Sequence record: PZ171032.1
From: a phage
Length of the DNA: 64,000 bases
Strand: one strand, 5' to 3'
Shown: one piece after another, positions 1 to 8,444 of the stretch
How positions within the stretch are numbered: position 1 is the stretch's first letter
How the letters are laid out: every line of letters begins with the position of its first letter
Position numbers and translations under genes: made by a program
Notes under the pieces: generated by a model
Told to the model about the DNA's origin: nothing
Databases searched by the model: none
The model's input: the letters and a program-made list of their open reading frames with translations, nothing else

Positions 1-200
1 GGATCGTAAAGGACATTAAGGAGCCTTTTAGGGTAAAAGTTAAGAAGTTTTTTGATTCTAAGATTAACATACTTGCCGTTGTGCTAGGCGTAATTCAACT
101 TCTGTTAATTTTGCACTATCTTGAACTGTTGTTTAAGTAGTGTGCAATAAGGCACAAAGGATGTGCCATAACTAAATAAACTAAGAAAGAGGTAGAGAGA

Positions 201-548
201 ATGCCAAAGATTAAATCGATATTAATGTGGGTAGCTGTTGTAGCTTTTGTAGGATACTGGACTTGGGAAACTGAATTAAAAGATATTGGATATACCAGTC
301 TTGAGAACAAGGCGTGCATTGGCATAACCGATGCATTCAGGCAAAATGCTATGGATCACGAATGTGTCGATGCAGACATAGATGAGAAACTGTCTAAGGA
401 CAAAGACTTCTACCACGGGTATGCTTTGCTTGATAGTGGGGACACTGTAGAGTTCTGGTCGTGGTTCCGTAAAGATGGAACAATAAAAACAGCAGTAAAG
501 ATCTCTAACAAAGAGTTAATGCTGTTGCAGCAGAAGGAGGCTCAATGA
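201..548 (+). CDS. hypothetical small membrane protein (N-terminal TM helix)
   Basis: ORF with upstream AAGAGG RBS; hydrophobic N-terminus WVAVVAFVGYW; first gene of a co-directional array. Confidence 0.6.
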   Translation: MPKIKSILMWVAVVAFVGYWTWETELKDIGYTSLENKACIGITDAFRQNAMDHECVDADIDEKLSKDKDFYHGYALLDSGDTVEFWSWFRKDGTIKTAVKISNKELMLLQQKEAQ

Positions 549-832
549 TCTGGATATCCTATGCTGATGGCACCATGCTGTATACTGCAGGTACCAGATA
601 TGAAGTTCAGGAGAACGATAAAAAATTTATCGTAAGAACATTTGACAAGGACGACAACCTTTTGCTAGAATTAACTTACAAGGTTGGGGATGTATCTAGC
701 ATCCAATTGGATTGTGGTCATAAAGATAACCCCCTCAAAAAACCTGGAATAGGCAAGGCTTCAGAAGAACGTTTGTCTCGTATTGCAGAAAGCGTTTCTA
801 ACCAAAAACCCAAAAAGAGGACCAGAAAATGA
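545..832 (+). CDS. hypothetical protein
   Basis: ATGA stop/start overlap with upstream gene; no recognisable motif. Confidence 0.6.
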   Translation: MIWISYADGTMLYTAGTRYEVQENDKKFIVRTFDKDDNLLLELTYKVGDVSSIQLDCGHKDNPLKKPGIGKASEERLSRIAESVSNQKPKKRTRK

Positions 833-1029
833 GTGACAAAATTCTTAAATTTAATACCTACTACGAGAATGATTTGAACGATCTGTATTATATAGTGCGT
901 AGCGAAAACCCGAATGTAGTGCTGTTTTGCAGAGAACCTTTCAAAAGAGAGGAGATTGAATCTACCATGGATGTGGATCAGATTTCACACCTGCTGCTCC
1001 TTGGATCATTAAAAGAGGCAGTATTCTAA
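829..1029 (+). CDS. hypothetical protein
   Basis: ATGA stop/start coupling; no motif. Confidence 0.55.
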   Translation: MSDKILKFNTYYENDLNDLYYIVRSENPNVVLFCREPFKREEIESTMDVDQISHLLLLGSLKEAVF

Positions 1030-1048
1030 ACCAGGGTGGAGGGTTTTT

Positions 1049-1234
1049 ATGAAGCACTATTGTCTATCTGGTAGAATGGGTGCAGATTGTGATTGGGTTT
1101 TCTTAAAACTTGTCAGCATTCGAGAGTTCATCCCGGAGGAAGAGCAAGAAAGCGAGCTGATGTCATGGATCAACCATTACGGTAACACTTTTCGGCATGT
1201 TAAGGTGGAAGAGTTGCCAAGCGAGGCTGATTGA
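1049..1234 (+). CDS. hypothetical protein
   Basis: GGAGGG RBS upstream of ATG. Confidence 0.55.
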   Translation: MKHYCLSGRMGADCDWVFLKLVSIREFIPEEEQESELMSWINHYGNTFRHVKVEELPSEAD

Positions 1235-1236
1235 CT

Positions 1237-1326
1237 ATGATTGCATCAATATTAACGTTTATGGGCGGCGTGGCATTCGGATTCATTGTTTGCCTGTTTA
1301 TAGTGATTATGTCTATGCGAGGCTGA
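1237..1326 (+). CDS. tiny hydrophobic peptide (29 aa, MIASILTFMGGVAFGFIVCLFIVIMSMRG)
   Basis: short ORF exactly filling the gap between two genes; single predicted TM helix; below the track size cutoff. Confidence 0.3.
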   Translation: MIASILTFMGGVAFGFIVCLFIVIMSMRG

Positions 1327-1329
1327 ATT

Positions 1330-1626
1330 ATGAAACTTTTTGAGTGGTTTAAAAAGTTTAAATATAAAGCTGTAGCCATCGTGCCATGGTCCATTCAATG
1401 GGTGGACGATGAGGGATTACCAATTCCAGGTGATAAAGACACGGGATACTGGATCATGCTTGAAAACGGGTTTGGAAAGCGAAAATATACGTGCACAAAC
1501 TCTACTCGATCTGCACTTAATAGAGTGCCTGGTTACAAACTTATGGTTGTGTGGAAAATGTCAGGCGTGCCTCCAGCTAACGCTCAATTTCTTACTGACA
1601 ATCCAACCACGGTGGAGGGAGATTGA
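1330..1626 (+). CDS. hypothetical protein
   Basis: ORF in packed array. Confidence 0.6.
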   Translation: MKLFEWFKKFKYKAVAIVPWSIQWVDDEGLPIPGDKDTGYWIMLENGFGKRKYTCTNSTRSALNRVPGYKLMVVWKMSGVPPANAQFLTDNPTTVEGD

Positions 1627-1628
1627 CA

Positions 1629-1910
1629 ATGAAAAAGATTAACAGTGGTGAAGTTGAGTTTAAACTTGTCGGGAAAGGCACTTACTGGGAAGTTCGTCAA
1701 AAGGTATATTTGTTCGGTCTTATTCCCTATTGGTCTAAATTCTACTGGGGAGCTAACGAGTTGGGAAGATACGCCACCAAATCAATGGTACTTATTGGTA
1801 TAGCAGAGTACATTGCAGCCAGAGATAGGGTTGGAGACACTTATTACTATACTGCGGACGATATTCGTAACAGTGTTTACGTCCCACAACCACCTGATGG
1901 AGACCGTTGA
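1629..1910 (+). CDS. hypothetical protein
   Basis: track ORF starts at TTG 1623; in-frame ATG at 1629 preceded by GGAGGGAG. Confidence 0.6.
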   Translation: MKKINSGEVEFKLVGKGTYWEVRQKVYLFGLIPYWSKFYWGANELGRYATKSMVLIGIAEYIAARDRVGDTYYYTADDIRNSVYVPQPPDGDR

Positions 1911-2134
1911 TGAAAGTTAAAGTTTTAGATTCAAGCTTCTATATTGGTCAGGAGCCTTTAGTAGGAAAAGTGTTTACTGCTATCCCTAACGAAGATTACC
2001 CTGACCTTTTAAAAATAAAAGGAGCAGATCTTATTGCCGCTGGTGCATCTCAGGACTGCTTTGACAGTCAGTGGACCTACAACTTTGCCCTAGGCGAGGA
2101 TGTAGAGGTAGTGGAGGACGATCATGAAGGTTAA
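1910..2134 (+). CDS. hypothetical protein, small-gene paralogue family A
   Basis: N-terminus MKVKVLDSSFYIGQ is near-identical to the next gene (MKVKILDSNVYLGQ); C-terminal hydrophobic-V-V-E-D motif. Confidence 0.6.
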   Translation: MKVKVLDSSFYIGQEPLVGKVFTAIPNEDYPDLLKIKGADLIAAGASQDCFDSQWTYNFALGEDVEVVEDDHEG

Positions 2135-2378
2135 AATTCTTGATTCTAACGTCTACTTGGGACAATCCTTCCTGAAGGGAAAGGTCGTTCCTGCGGTATA
2201 CTTTGAAGGGTTGCCGTGGGATGATCCTGTGCGGCAACATCACAGTTATGTAGGCCACAACGTGGTGTTTATCTTGGGATCAGACCTGATCACCGCTGGT
2301 GCACCTGAATATTATTTCGGGGAAGAGTCCTATTATGCCTTTGGGGTAGGGTCAGATGCGGATATTGTAGAGCTGTGA
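2124..2378 (+). CDS. hypothetical protein, small-gene paralogue family A
   Basis: paralogue of 1910-2134; C-terminus YAFGVGSDADIVEL resembles FAFVVGSDVEVIEE of 4268-4600. Confidence 0.6.
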   Translation: MKVKILDSNVYLGQSFLKGKVVPAVYFEGLPWDDPVRQHHSYVGHNVVFILGSDLITAGAPEYYFGEESYYAFGVGSDADIVEL

Positions 2379-2390
2379 TGGGTAACCGTT

Positions 2391-2789
2391 GTGAAAAATA
2401 AACTGTTTAAAGTTACAATGAAAATTCGCGGAGCTTGGAGCGTAAAGCAAGGGCGTATTCCGGAATTTGAGAAAGACTTCTACGTAGTCTCCACCTCGGA
2501 GGAGGCTGCATGCTGGCAGGCTGGCTATGCCTATGCAAGAACCTGGTACGAAGGATACCAGACTGGGGGCTATGACGGAGAAATTATCAGCAAGGGTGTA
2601 GAAGAAATTAATGTGTTGACAAGTGAAAAAGTTTTTGTTATAGTGCATCCAGATTCCAGAGTGAAGCATTACTGGAATGCCAGAACAAAAACTTGGACAC
2701 CGTTTGCAGATTCTGCTACACCACTTTTAAACCAAAAAGCTCTTGACTCTGCCCCAAGCTATGGGGTTGTTGAAGAAAAGCTAAACTGA
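2391..2789 (+). CDS. hypothetical protein, paralogue family B
   Basis: shares VHPDSRVKHYWNARTKTWTP-type segment with 4600-4995 (RHPHSNIAYYWDVLNNEWTP); GTG start, uncertain. Confidence 0.6.
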   Translation: MKNKLFKVTMKIRGAWSVKQGRIPEFEKDFYVVSTSEEAACWQAGYAYARTWYEGYQTGGYDGEIISKGVEEINVLTSEKVFVIVHPDSRVKHYWNARTKTWTPFADSATPLLNQKALDSAPSYGVVEEKLN

Positions 2790-2806
2790 AACAGTGAGGT
2801 GTCACT

Positions 2807-3097
2807 ATGATGGATTTAGTTCTGAATATTGATAACGCAGGAGAGGTTAAAGACGATGGTGTAACAAGCATGGACCAACCATGCCCTGCCAAGATTGACT
2901 CAAAATGGACATATAAGTTTGACGGAGAGATCTTTGCAAATGATGAAAAGGTTGTAGATGCTGCAGCCATTTTGAACGCTCTAGGGTACGACCCTGTGAA
3001 TTCTTTGATCAAGGATCCTGTTGAGTTTGCAGAGTATGTTCGAAAAATGGCAGATCTTGCTGTAGATATTTTAGATACTATCGATAATAAGCTGTAA
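2807..3097 (+). CDS. hypothetical protein
   Basis: GAGGTG RBS upstream of ATG. Confidence 0.6.
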   Translation: MMDLVLNIDNAGEVKDDGVTSMDQPCPAKIDSKWTYKFDGEIFANDEKVVDAAAILNALGYDPVNSLIKDPVEFAEYVRKMADLAVDILDTIDNKL

Positions 3098-3103
3098 AAA
3101 CTG

Positions 3104-3132
3104 TTGACACAACGCTTCAGCTATAGTATTAT
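3104..3132 (+). promoter_or_regulatory. sigma70-type promoter (TTGACA-N17-TATTAT) followed by 5'UTR hairpin
   Basis: TTGACA and TATTAT with 17-nt spacer; inverted repeat AGAGAGA/TCTCTCT at about 3142-3167 before the AAGGAG RBS of the HPF-like gene. Confidence 0.6.
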
Positions 3133-3184
3133 TGTTTTCAAAGAGAGATGGTTGTTATTCTCTCTTCCTTAAAAGGAGCACGTT

Positions 3185-3502
3185 ATGCAAATTGAAATCA
3201 CTGGCAACGTAGAAATCACTGAAGGTATGGTGTCTTTCATTTCCCACAAAATGTCTAAGCTGGAGCGTTTGCACCCCTCTGCCAACTATGCACGTGTTAG
3301 TGTAAAAGTTGAAAATGATCACCAGGAAGTTATGGCGTTCATTTTTGACAATTCTGGAAAAGAAGTTATTGCCAAAGCTAAAGGCAGTGATGCTTACGAG
3401 GCAACTGACCGTATGGTAGATGTTGCAGCACGTCAGCTGGCTAAATGCGGTGGAAAGAAAGGTAAGGGGAAAGGCAAAGTAAAGATTGACTTTGGAGAAT
3501 GA
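3185..3502 (+). CDS. ribosome hibernation promoting factor / RaiA (YfiA) family homologue
   Basis: MQIEITGNVEITEGM...KLERL...ARVSVKVEN...GSDAYEATDRMVDVAARQLAK aligns along its length with bacterial HPF (MQLNITGNNVEITEAL...KLEQY...VYVVLKVEK...GQDMYAAIDGLIDKLARQLTK); lysine-rich C-terminal tail. Confidence 0.8.
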   Translation: MQIEITGNVEITEGMVSFISHKMSKLERLHPSANYARVSVKVENDHQEVMAFIFDNSGKEVIAKAKGSDAYEATDRMVDVAARQLAKCGGKKGKGKGKVKIDFGE

Positions 3503-3511
3503 GGTGCTACA

Positions 3512-3613
3512 ATGGGCGTGATTAAGAAATTAGTCCCAAATGTAGAGATTGCATGCTTTGAAATTATGTTTGCAATCGCAGTTGTAGTTAATGTGTTAGG
3601 TTACGGCTATTAA
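3512..3613 (+). CDS. tiny hydrophobic peptide (33 aa)
   Basis: GAGGTG RBS 6 nt upstream of ATG; fills intergenic gap; hydrophobic core FEIMFAIAVVVNVLGY. Confidence 0.3.
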   Translation: MGVIKKLVPNVEIACFEIMFAIAVVVNVLGYGY

Positions 3614-3639
3614 TATCAAATAATTGAGGAGACCTCTAA

Positions 3640-3909
3640 ATGAAAATTAAATTATTCAAAACTGAGCTGGCAGACAAAAATTGTGGTCTGGTTGAAGGCA
3701 TGATTGTTGAAGCACAACCAGTGGACTATATGAAGGTGGTTCGTGATGCCCTGGGTGAAGGTTTTGATCTGATGGAGCCAGCTCTGCGGGAAGATGTTAT
3801 CGAGATGGCTAAAAAGCACACACCTGAAGGTTTGGTGGTGTTTATTGCACCGGGTAACGGAGAAGAGTTGATTGTAACTCCTGATGTGTATGAGATTGTA
3901 GAGGAATAA
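3640..3909 (+). CDS. hypothetical protein (family A-like C-terminus)
   Basis: GAGGAGA RBS; C-terminus VTPDVYEIVEE resembles the family A C-terminal motif. Confidence 0.6.
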   Translation: MKIKLFKTELADKNCGLVEGMIVEAQPVDYMKVVRDALGEGFDLMEPALREDVIEMAKKHTPEGLVVFIAPGNGEELIVTPDVYEIVEE

Positions 3910-3999
3910 TCCTGCTTGTATTAGCATACTTCCTCGATAAGGAAGGTTTGTAATTATTTGTGGGAAAGGAATCCCATCTCTTACCAGAGGTGATACTAT

Positions 4000-4263
4000 A
4001 TGATTGTTTATTTTAAAACTTCAGGTGGATACCCTGATTCTCAAAGCTTGATCGGAAAAACGTGCACAGCATACTCACCTCTTGATGAGGAGGTAAGCGA
4101 TATTCTACGAAATATGTATCGGATTGATCCCCAAGAAGCTTTTGATCAAAACCTTGTATTTGTCAAAGGCTCAGACATGAAGTCTTTGGGAGCATTCCCT
4201 GAAGCAGATGATGATGCCGTTTATTCGTTCATGACCCCTTTTGAAGCTATGGTTGTTGGGTGA
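4000..4263 (+). CDS. hypothetical protein
   Basis: GAGGTG RBS. Confidence 0.6.
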   Translation: MIVYFKTSGGYPDSQSLIGKTCTAYSPLDEEVSDILRNMYRIDPQEAFDQNLVFVKGSDMKSLGAFPEADDDAVYSFMTPFEAMVVG

Positions 4264-4267
4264 TAAT

Positions 4268-4600
4268 ATGAAAGTACGCTTTATTGGTGAAACAATTCCT
4301 GTGCATCTCCGGTCGCCTGAAGATTCTGCGGATCTTGCATCTCAGAAGGCGAGAGGTTATGATAAGAAAGTAATCTCAACCGATGTAGAACTTGAGGCTA
4401 CTAGTCTACCTGACCCTGCTGCATTCTTTAATCATTATGGATACTATTTCAGCAATCTGATGAATATCGGTGAGCTTGTGTTTATTAGTGGTGGAGAAAT
4501 TGTTAGCAAGCTTGGCGGAGATCCGGATGTCTTTCATGAAACCTGTCCTTTTGCATTTGTGGTGGGTTCGGATGTGGAAGTTATTGAGGAGGTGCAGTAA
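4268..4600 (+). CDS. hypothetical protein, paralogue family A
   Basis: track ORF starts at TTG 4241 overlapping upstream gene; ATG at 4268 follows upstream stop; C-terminus FAFVVGSDVEVIEEVQ. Confidence 0.6.
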   Translation: MKVRFIGETIPVHLRSPEDSADLASQKARGYDKKVISTDVELEATSLPDPAAFFNHYGYYFSNLMNIGELVFISGGEIVSKLGGDPDVFHETCPFAFVVGSDVEVIEEVQ

Positions 4601-4995
4601 TGGTAAGCCTATACCGTGTTGAGTATAGCTCAGATACTGTATACAACGTAAGAAGCAAAGATCGCAGCGACAGAGTGCAAGAAATGTATGTTCTTGCCGA
4701 CAGTCCGTTATCTGCAGCGTTCAAGGCAGGGGCTCTTGCATCTCGTTGGAAATTTGAAGGCGGATCTTTCTATGAAGAAACCCTTGAAGATTCTGTTGTT
4801 ATTTCTTCTGTAGAGGTTTCAGATGACTACGAAGGGAAAAAGTTCGTAATGCGGCACCCACACAGCAACATTGCGTACTACTGGGATGTTCTGAACAACG
4901 AGTGGACCCCAGATCTTCAGAAGGCCACTGTGCTAACACCGTTTTTGGCAGATAAGTTCCCACCAGAAGGTAATTTATCCGCACTGTTTCAGTAA
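4600..4995 (+). CDS. hypothetical protein, paralogue family B
   Basis: paralogue of 2391-2789; start overlaps upstream stop. Confidence 0.6.
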   Translation: MVSLYRVEYSSDTVYNVRSKDRSDRVQEMYVLADSPLSAAFKAGALASRWKFEGGSFYEETLEDSVVISSVEVSDDYEGKKFVMRHPHSNIAYYWDVLNNEWTPDLQKATVLTPFLADKFPPEGNLSALFQ

Positions 4996-5013
4996 TTTTC
5001 TTGCACACAGGTG

Positions 5014-5042
5014 TTGACAACACCAACCCTGTGTGAAATAAT
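5014..5042 (+). promoter_or_regulatory. sigma70-type promoter (TTGACA-N17-AATAAT) nested in an inverted repeat
   Basis: TTGACA and AATAAT with 17-nt spacer; flanked by 8-bp inverted repeat CACACAGG / CCTGTGTG (about 5004-5035), operator-like. Confidence 0.55.
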
Positions 5043-5074
5043 ACCTTCATCTTAACAAGACGGGAGACTGATTG

Positions 5075-5332
5075 ATGAAGATTAAACTGAAAAACCTTGA
5101 AATGGCAGAGATTCAGAATGGTGTTGATTTCCGCTCTAAAGATGGTGACATCTTAGAGGTAAATCTTCCAACCTACGAGCTGATTAAAGGTTTTGGCAAC
5201 GTTCAGGAAGAGGATATTCCAGAAATTCTTATGATGTTGATTCTTGACGGAACTGTGTTTGTAGGTGAAGGTGAGAACGCTATTGCAATCCCAGGCCATT
5301 TTTATGAAGTAGTTGACGAAGAGGTGCTGTAA
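5075..5332 (+). CDS. hypothetical protein (family A-like C-terminus)
   Basis: ATG at 5075 preceded by GGGAGA; C-terminus FYEVVDEEVL. Confidence 0.6.
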   Translation: MKIKLKNLEMAEIQNGVDFRSKDGDILEVNLPTYELIKGFGNVQEEDIPEILMMLILDGTVFVGEGENAIAIPGHFYEVVDEEVL

Positions 5333-5683
5333 ATGAAAGTAGAAATTACTGGTTTTGATGTTAGTGTGGTTCCGGAAGATATTTTAGCTAAACTCCCGGA
5401 AGGTTTTGGTAACGGTGTTGTGGTGGATGCTGTTCCTCCTACTAAAGACATTCTGCTGCAGTATGGTGTAGCAGAGGAAGATGTCGATAAAGTTCTTACA
5501 ATGATGGCAATCGATCGTGTTGTCGTTGTTAAAGGTCTCGATAATTTTGAGAGTGATCCTCTGATTATTCGCGGGGATGACTATAAAATCATCGATAATG
5601 AAGGCCAAGAGTTCTATGAGCCTTGTGCAGAAGATATTCTTAACTTATTACTGGAAGCAGGCACCGAAGAGGAGGACGAATAA
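5333..5683 (+). CDS. hypothetical acidic protein
   Basis: start immediately after upstream stop; acidic C-terminus. Confidence 0.6.
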   Translation: MKVEITGFDVSVVPEDILAKLPEGFGNGVVVDAVPPTKDILLQYGVAEEDVDKVLTMMAIDRVVVVKGLDNFESDPLIIRGDDYKIIDNEGQEFYEPCAEDILNLLLEAGTEEEDE

Positions 5684-6012
5684 TGAAGATTGACCCGTTA
5701 CTGAAGGCTCGTGCAGAAAAAGCGTACACCATTAAGCTGACCAACCTGGTTCCTACTTGTCATCCAGATGTAGGTTGGCCTGAAGGTCTGGTAGAGGGGA
5801 CTGTAACAGCTGCATACCTTCCTAACATCAAATACCTTATGGAAATCTTAGAGATGGATGAGGAAACTGCAGAACAGTTCCAGTTGGATATGAAACAGAG
5901 TGGGACTCTGGTTATTCACGGGTGGTATAATACTAAAGATGCAGAAGACCCTCTGGTAACTTCTAATCTGGCATATGAAATCTTAGGGCCTTTGAACCTG
6001 GAGGAAGACTAA
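5683..6012 (+). CDS. hypothetical protein
   Basis: ATGA overlap with upstream gene. Confidence 0.6.
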   Translation: MKIDPLLKARAEKAYTIKLTNLVPTCHPDVGWPEGLVEGTVTAAYLPNIKYLMEILEMDEETAEQFQLDMKQSGTLVIHGWYNTKDAEDPLVTSNLAYEILGPLNLEED

Positions 6013-6299
6013 TGAAAGATCTGGTTAAGATTAAGATTAAAGATACCAATGGGGAGCTCAGCCATTTTGGAATTAATGATGGTGACGAGCTGATCGCACA
6101 CCTGCCTACCAAGGAGGTTGTAAGCAAAGCAGTTGCCGGAGAAGAAGCTGCAATGCAGGCTGCAGGTGTGGATGAAAACTATGTAGCTATGTGCATGTGC
6201 CGAGATCAGGTTGTTCTGTATAAAGCGTATCGACCAAACGGAGCCACGGAGTGGCTTGTATTCCGACCCGAAGGATATGAAATCTTAGAGGCACTATGA
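6012..6299 (+). CDS. hypothetical protein
   Basis: ATGA overlap. Confidence 0.6.
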   Translation: MKDLVKIKIKDTNGELSHFGINDGDELIAHLPTKEVVSKAVAGEEAAMQAAGVDENYVAMCMCRDQVVLYKAYRPNGATEWLVFRPEGYEILEAL

Positions 6300-6379
6300 T
6301 AAATCTTGCCAAGGTTGCAACGGCACTGTTAATTATTTGCTGGTCAGTAACCTTAACACTGTGTCTTGTATTTCAGTGA
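6296..6379 (+). CDS. tiny hydrophobic peptide (27 aa)
   Basis: ATGA overlap with upstream stop; predicted single TM segment LLIICWSVTLTLCLV. Confidence 0.25.
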   Translation: MINLAKVATALLIICWSVTLTLCLVFQ

Positions 6380-6388
6380 GGTGCTTGT

Positions 6389-6652
6389 ATGAACATCCTG
6401 ATGTGGGTTATAGCAGTGGCGTTTGTTGCATGTTTTTGCTGCTGGGTTGTGGTGAGGATTTCTGTAGCTACCCTTCGGAAGTTGGGGTTCTCAGAATGGG
6501 ATATTAATATCCTTTCTTTTCGCAATGAAACAATCTCAGCCGCCCTGCTTTGTAAGAAATTTAAGTGGGAACCTTGTGAGGTCATGAGCTATCTAAGAAC
6601 AGGCGATATCCCTGAAAGATTTAAAAAAGTTCTTGACGGCAAGGATAAATGA
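6389..6652 (+). CDS. hypothetical membrane protein
   Basis: GTGAGGTG RBS; N-terminal TM helix WVIAVAFVACFCCWVVV. Confidence 0.6.
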   Translation: MNILMWVIAVAFVACFCCWVVVRISVATLRKLGFSEWDINILSFRNETISAALLCKKFKWEPCEVMSYLRTGDIPERFKKVLDGKDK

Positions 6653-6680
6653 CAGTATAGTGACTAACAAGAGGTGAGGG

Positions 6681-6821
6681 GTGACTGATTTTACTGAAGC
6701 TTTAATGATGGCCTTGTCTGTTTTAGCGCTATCGGTGTGTTTTGGGGCGTTATTCACATCTCTGGTTAAAGTTTTACATACAGTATTATTACCCAAGGGG
6801 CGCAGTAATGACGAAGATTGA
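6681..6821 (+). CDS. small hydrophobic protein (about 46 aa; GTG start, may start at internal ATG)
   Basis: GAGGTGAGGG RBS then GTG; TM-like LMMALSVLALSVCFGALF; overlaps next gene start. Confidence 0.3.
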   Translation: MTDFTEALMMALSVLALSVCFGALFTSLVKVLHTVLLPKGRSNDED

Positions 6822-7059
6822 CTTGAATGCTGGCGATCATGTTGTTGTCAAATGCATTGGAGATTATCTTGGATTCACAATCGGCAATACTTACGAGGCG
6901 ATAGTGGCGAAGGTTTATCATGATAAAGTCCTCAGTCTTGTATTTGACTGCGATGATGATGGGGATGACCGATACGTCTGTGAGGTGCTGGCACGAGACG
7001 ATAGTGAAGACCAGAAATTTCTGGTTATTGAACTGAACGGTATTTTTGTAGAACGTTAA
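6808..7059 (+). CDS. hypothetical acidic protein
   Basis: track ORF starts at 6742 (non-ATG); first ATG at 6808 (MTKIDLNAG). Confidence 0.6.
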   Translation: MTKIDLNAGDHVVVKCIGDYLGFTIGNTYEAIVAKVYHDKVLSLVFDCDDDGDDRYVCEVLARDDSEDQKFLVIELNGIFVER

Positions 7060-7087
7060 TTTAAAACAACATAAGGAGACTCTTACT

Positions 7088-7393
7088 ATGGCTAAATCTA
7101 AAGTTGAACTGTTCACCTCTCTTCCTTCTGACACTGCAGAGCGTGATCGCCTTCGCAAAACAATCGAAGAACTGGTGGAACTCCAACTTCAGATTAAAGA
7201 TCTGAAAGATGCCATTAAGGATATCATTCTCGTTGAGAAGCAGGATCATCTGTATTCTCCTAAATTCATCAAATCTTTGGTGGCTACAGAGTTTGATATC
7301 CGCTACGAAGCTGAAAAACGTCGCGCTAAGATTGAAGAAGAGGTTGAGCACATGTCTGAGGCAGACATTCTGTTCAAACGCTCTGTAGAATAA
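7088..7393 (+). CDS. hypothetical protein (charged, helical-looking)
   Basis: AAGGAGA RBS; charged helical composition. Confidence 0.6.
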   Translation: MAKSKVELFTSLPSDTAERDRLRKTIEELVELQLQIKDLKDAIKDIILVEKQDHLYSPKFIKSLVATEFDIRYEAEKRRAKIEEEVEHMSEADILFKRSVE

Positions 7394-7398
7394 TATGG

Positions 7399-7428
7399 CA
7401 GAGGGGCTACGGCCCCTCTTTCACTATT
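7399..7428 (+). terminator. rho-independent terminator-like hairpin
   Basis: GAGGGGC-TACG-GCCCCTC stem-loop followed by a T-rich tract, directly after the stop of 7088-7393. Confidence 0.5.
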
Positions 7429-7445
7429 TGCAAAAGGAACCAGCT

Positions 7446-7772
7446 ATGAGAATGCCAATCACTGTGAAAGAGCTAAATGAACGTGATGCAGGTGGTCTAT
7501 GGCCTGCACGAAAAATCCGCTGCGTCTATATGAAAGAGAATCTTGAACACCTTGATCAACAGATCAAGGTCGGTGATATTTTCGAGGTCTTCTATTCCAA
7601 TCGTCGCAACTGGGAAACCATTCAGCCTTCTGGTTTTGTTCTTGCCAAACTTGACACTGGAGAAGTGATTATCCCTGGGTTGGATATTGTCTTCGAAATT
7701 ATCCAGGAGTGGGATCCGGATAAGATTAGATACGAAGAATTATTCGGTAAAGGTATTATCAAACCTGTGTGA
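7446..7772 (+). CDS. hypothetical protein
   Basis: track ORF starts inside the hairpin at 7395; in-frame ATG at 7446 (MRMPITVKE) lies after the hairpin. Confidence 0.6.
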   Translation: MRMPITVKELNERDAGGLWPARKIRCVYMKENLEHLDQQIKVGDIFEVFYSNRRNWETIQPSGFVLAKLDTGEVIIPGLDIVFEIIQEWDPDKIRYEELFGKGIIKPV

Positions 7773-7780
7773 GGTGGATT

Positions 7781-8080
7781 ATGTCTACAAAGGCAGCTAA
7801 ATACTCTTATATGCCATCAACCTCTGCAGAGGTAGACTTTAGTTTCGATGTATTTCCACTGTTTGAGGTGGTTCTGGCATACCCTACAATACTATCTACA
7901 CCTGAATCACTTGTGCCTGTTAAGTTGCAGAACGCTATGCATTCCATGCACTACAACAATAAATGTAGGCACAGATGGTGTCAGGACGAGGAAAAAGATT
8001 TGGATAGTTTGAGGGATTTTGACAGTCACCTTTTGACACCTTTTAGCTACTCCAATCTTGATAAGCCCTCTTGGGTATAG
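7781..8080 (+). CDS. hypothetical protein
   Basis: track start GTG 7769; ATG at 7781 preceded by GTGAGGTG. Confidence 0.55.
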   Translation: MSTKAAKYSYMPSTSAEVDFSFDVFPLFEVVLAYPTILSTPESLVPVKLQNAMHSMHYNNKCRHRWCQDEEKDLDSLRDFDSHLLTPFSYSNLDKPSWV

Positions 8081-8293
8081 CAAAATATCAAATTTAAGAC
8101 ACCTAGGACGCTCTGTGGCGTCCTTTTCTTTATCTGGTGCACGATTGCATACCTTTGACAGATAATCTCATTACAGAGCGTTTAAGAGCTTCCTACAAAC
8201 AAATCTCTCTTTCGAGCGTAGCGAGAACGCACGTCCGTTTTGACCCAAATCACCATACGCTCGGATTTTAACCAAACCCTCGCGGCGTTTCTG

Positions 8294-8322
8294 TTGACAC
8301 ATTACCGCTTCAGTGATAGTAT
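8294..8322 (+). promoter_or_regulatory. sigma70-type promoter (TTGACA-N17-TAGTAT)
   Basis: CTGTTGACACA...CTTCAG...ATAGTAT closely matches the promoter at 3104. Confidence 0.55.
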
Positions 8323-8342
8323 CCACACATAGTTTGGAGAAT

Positions 8343-8444
8343 ATGGAATACACAATGAAAACACTGTCAGAGGTTTTAGTGGTGATCCTGATGATCATTA
8401 CGTCCATAGCAGCTGTTGCCGGAATACTCACGGGTGGAACATGA
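8343..8444 (+). CDS. tiny hydrophobic peptide (33 aa)
   Basis: just downstream of promoter; TM-like VLVVILMIITSIAAVAGIL; ATGA overlap with next gene. Confidence 0.35.
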   Translation: MEYTMKTLSEVLVVILMIITSIAAVAGILTGGT

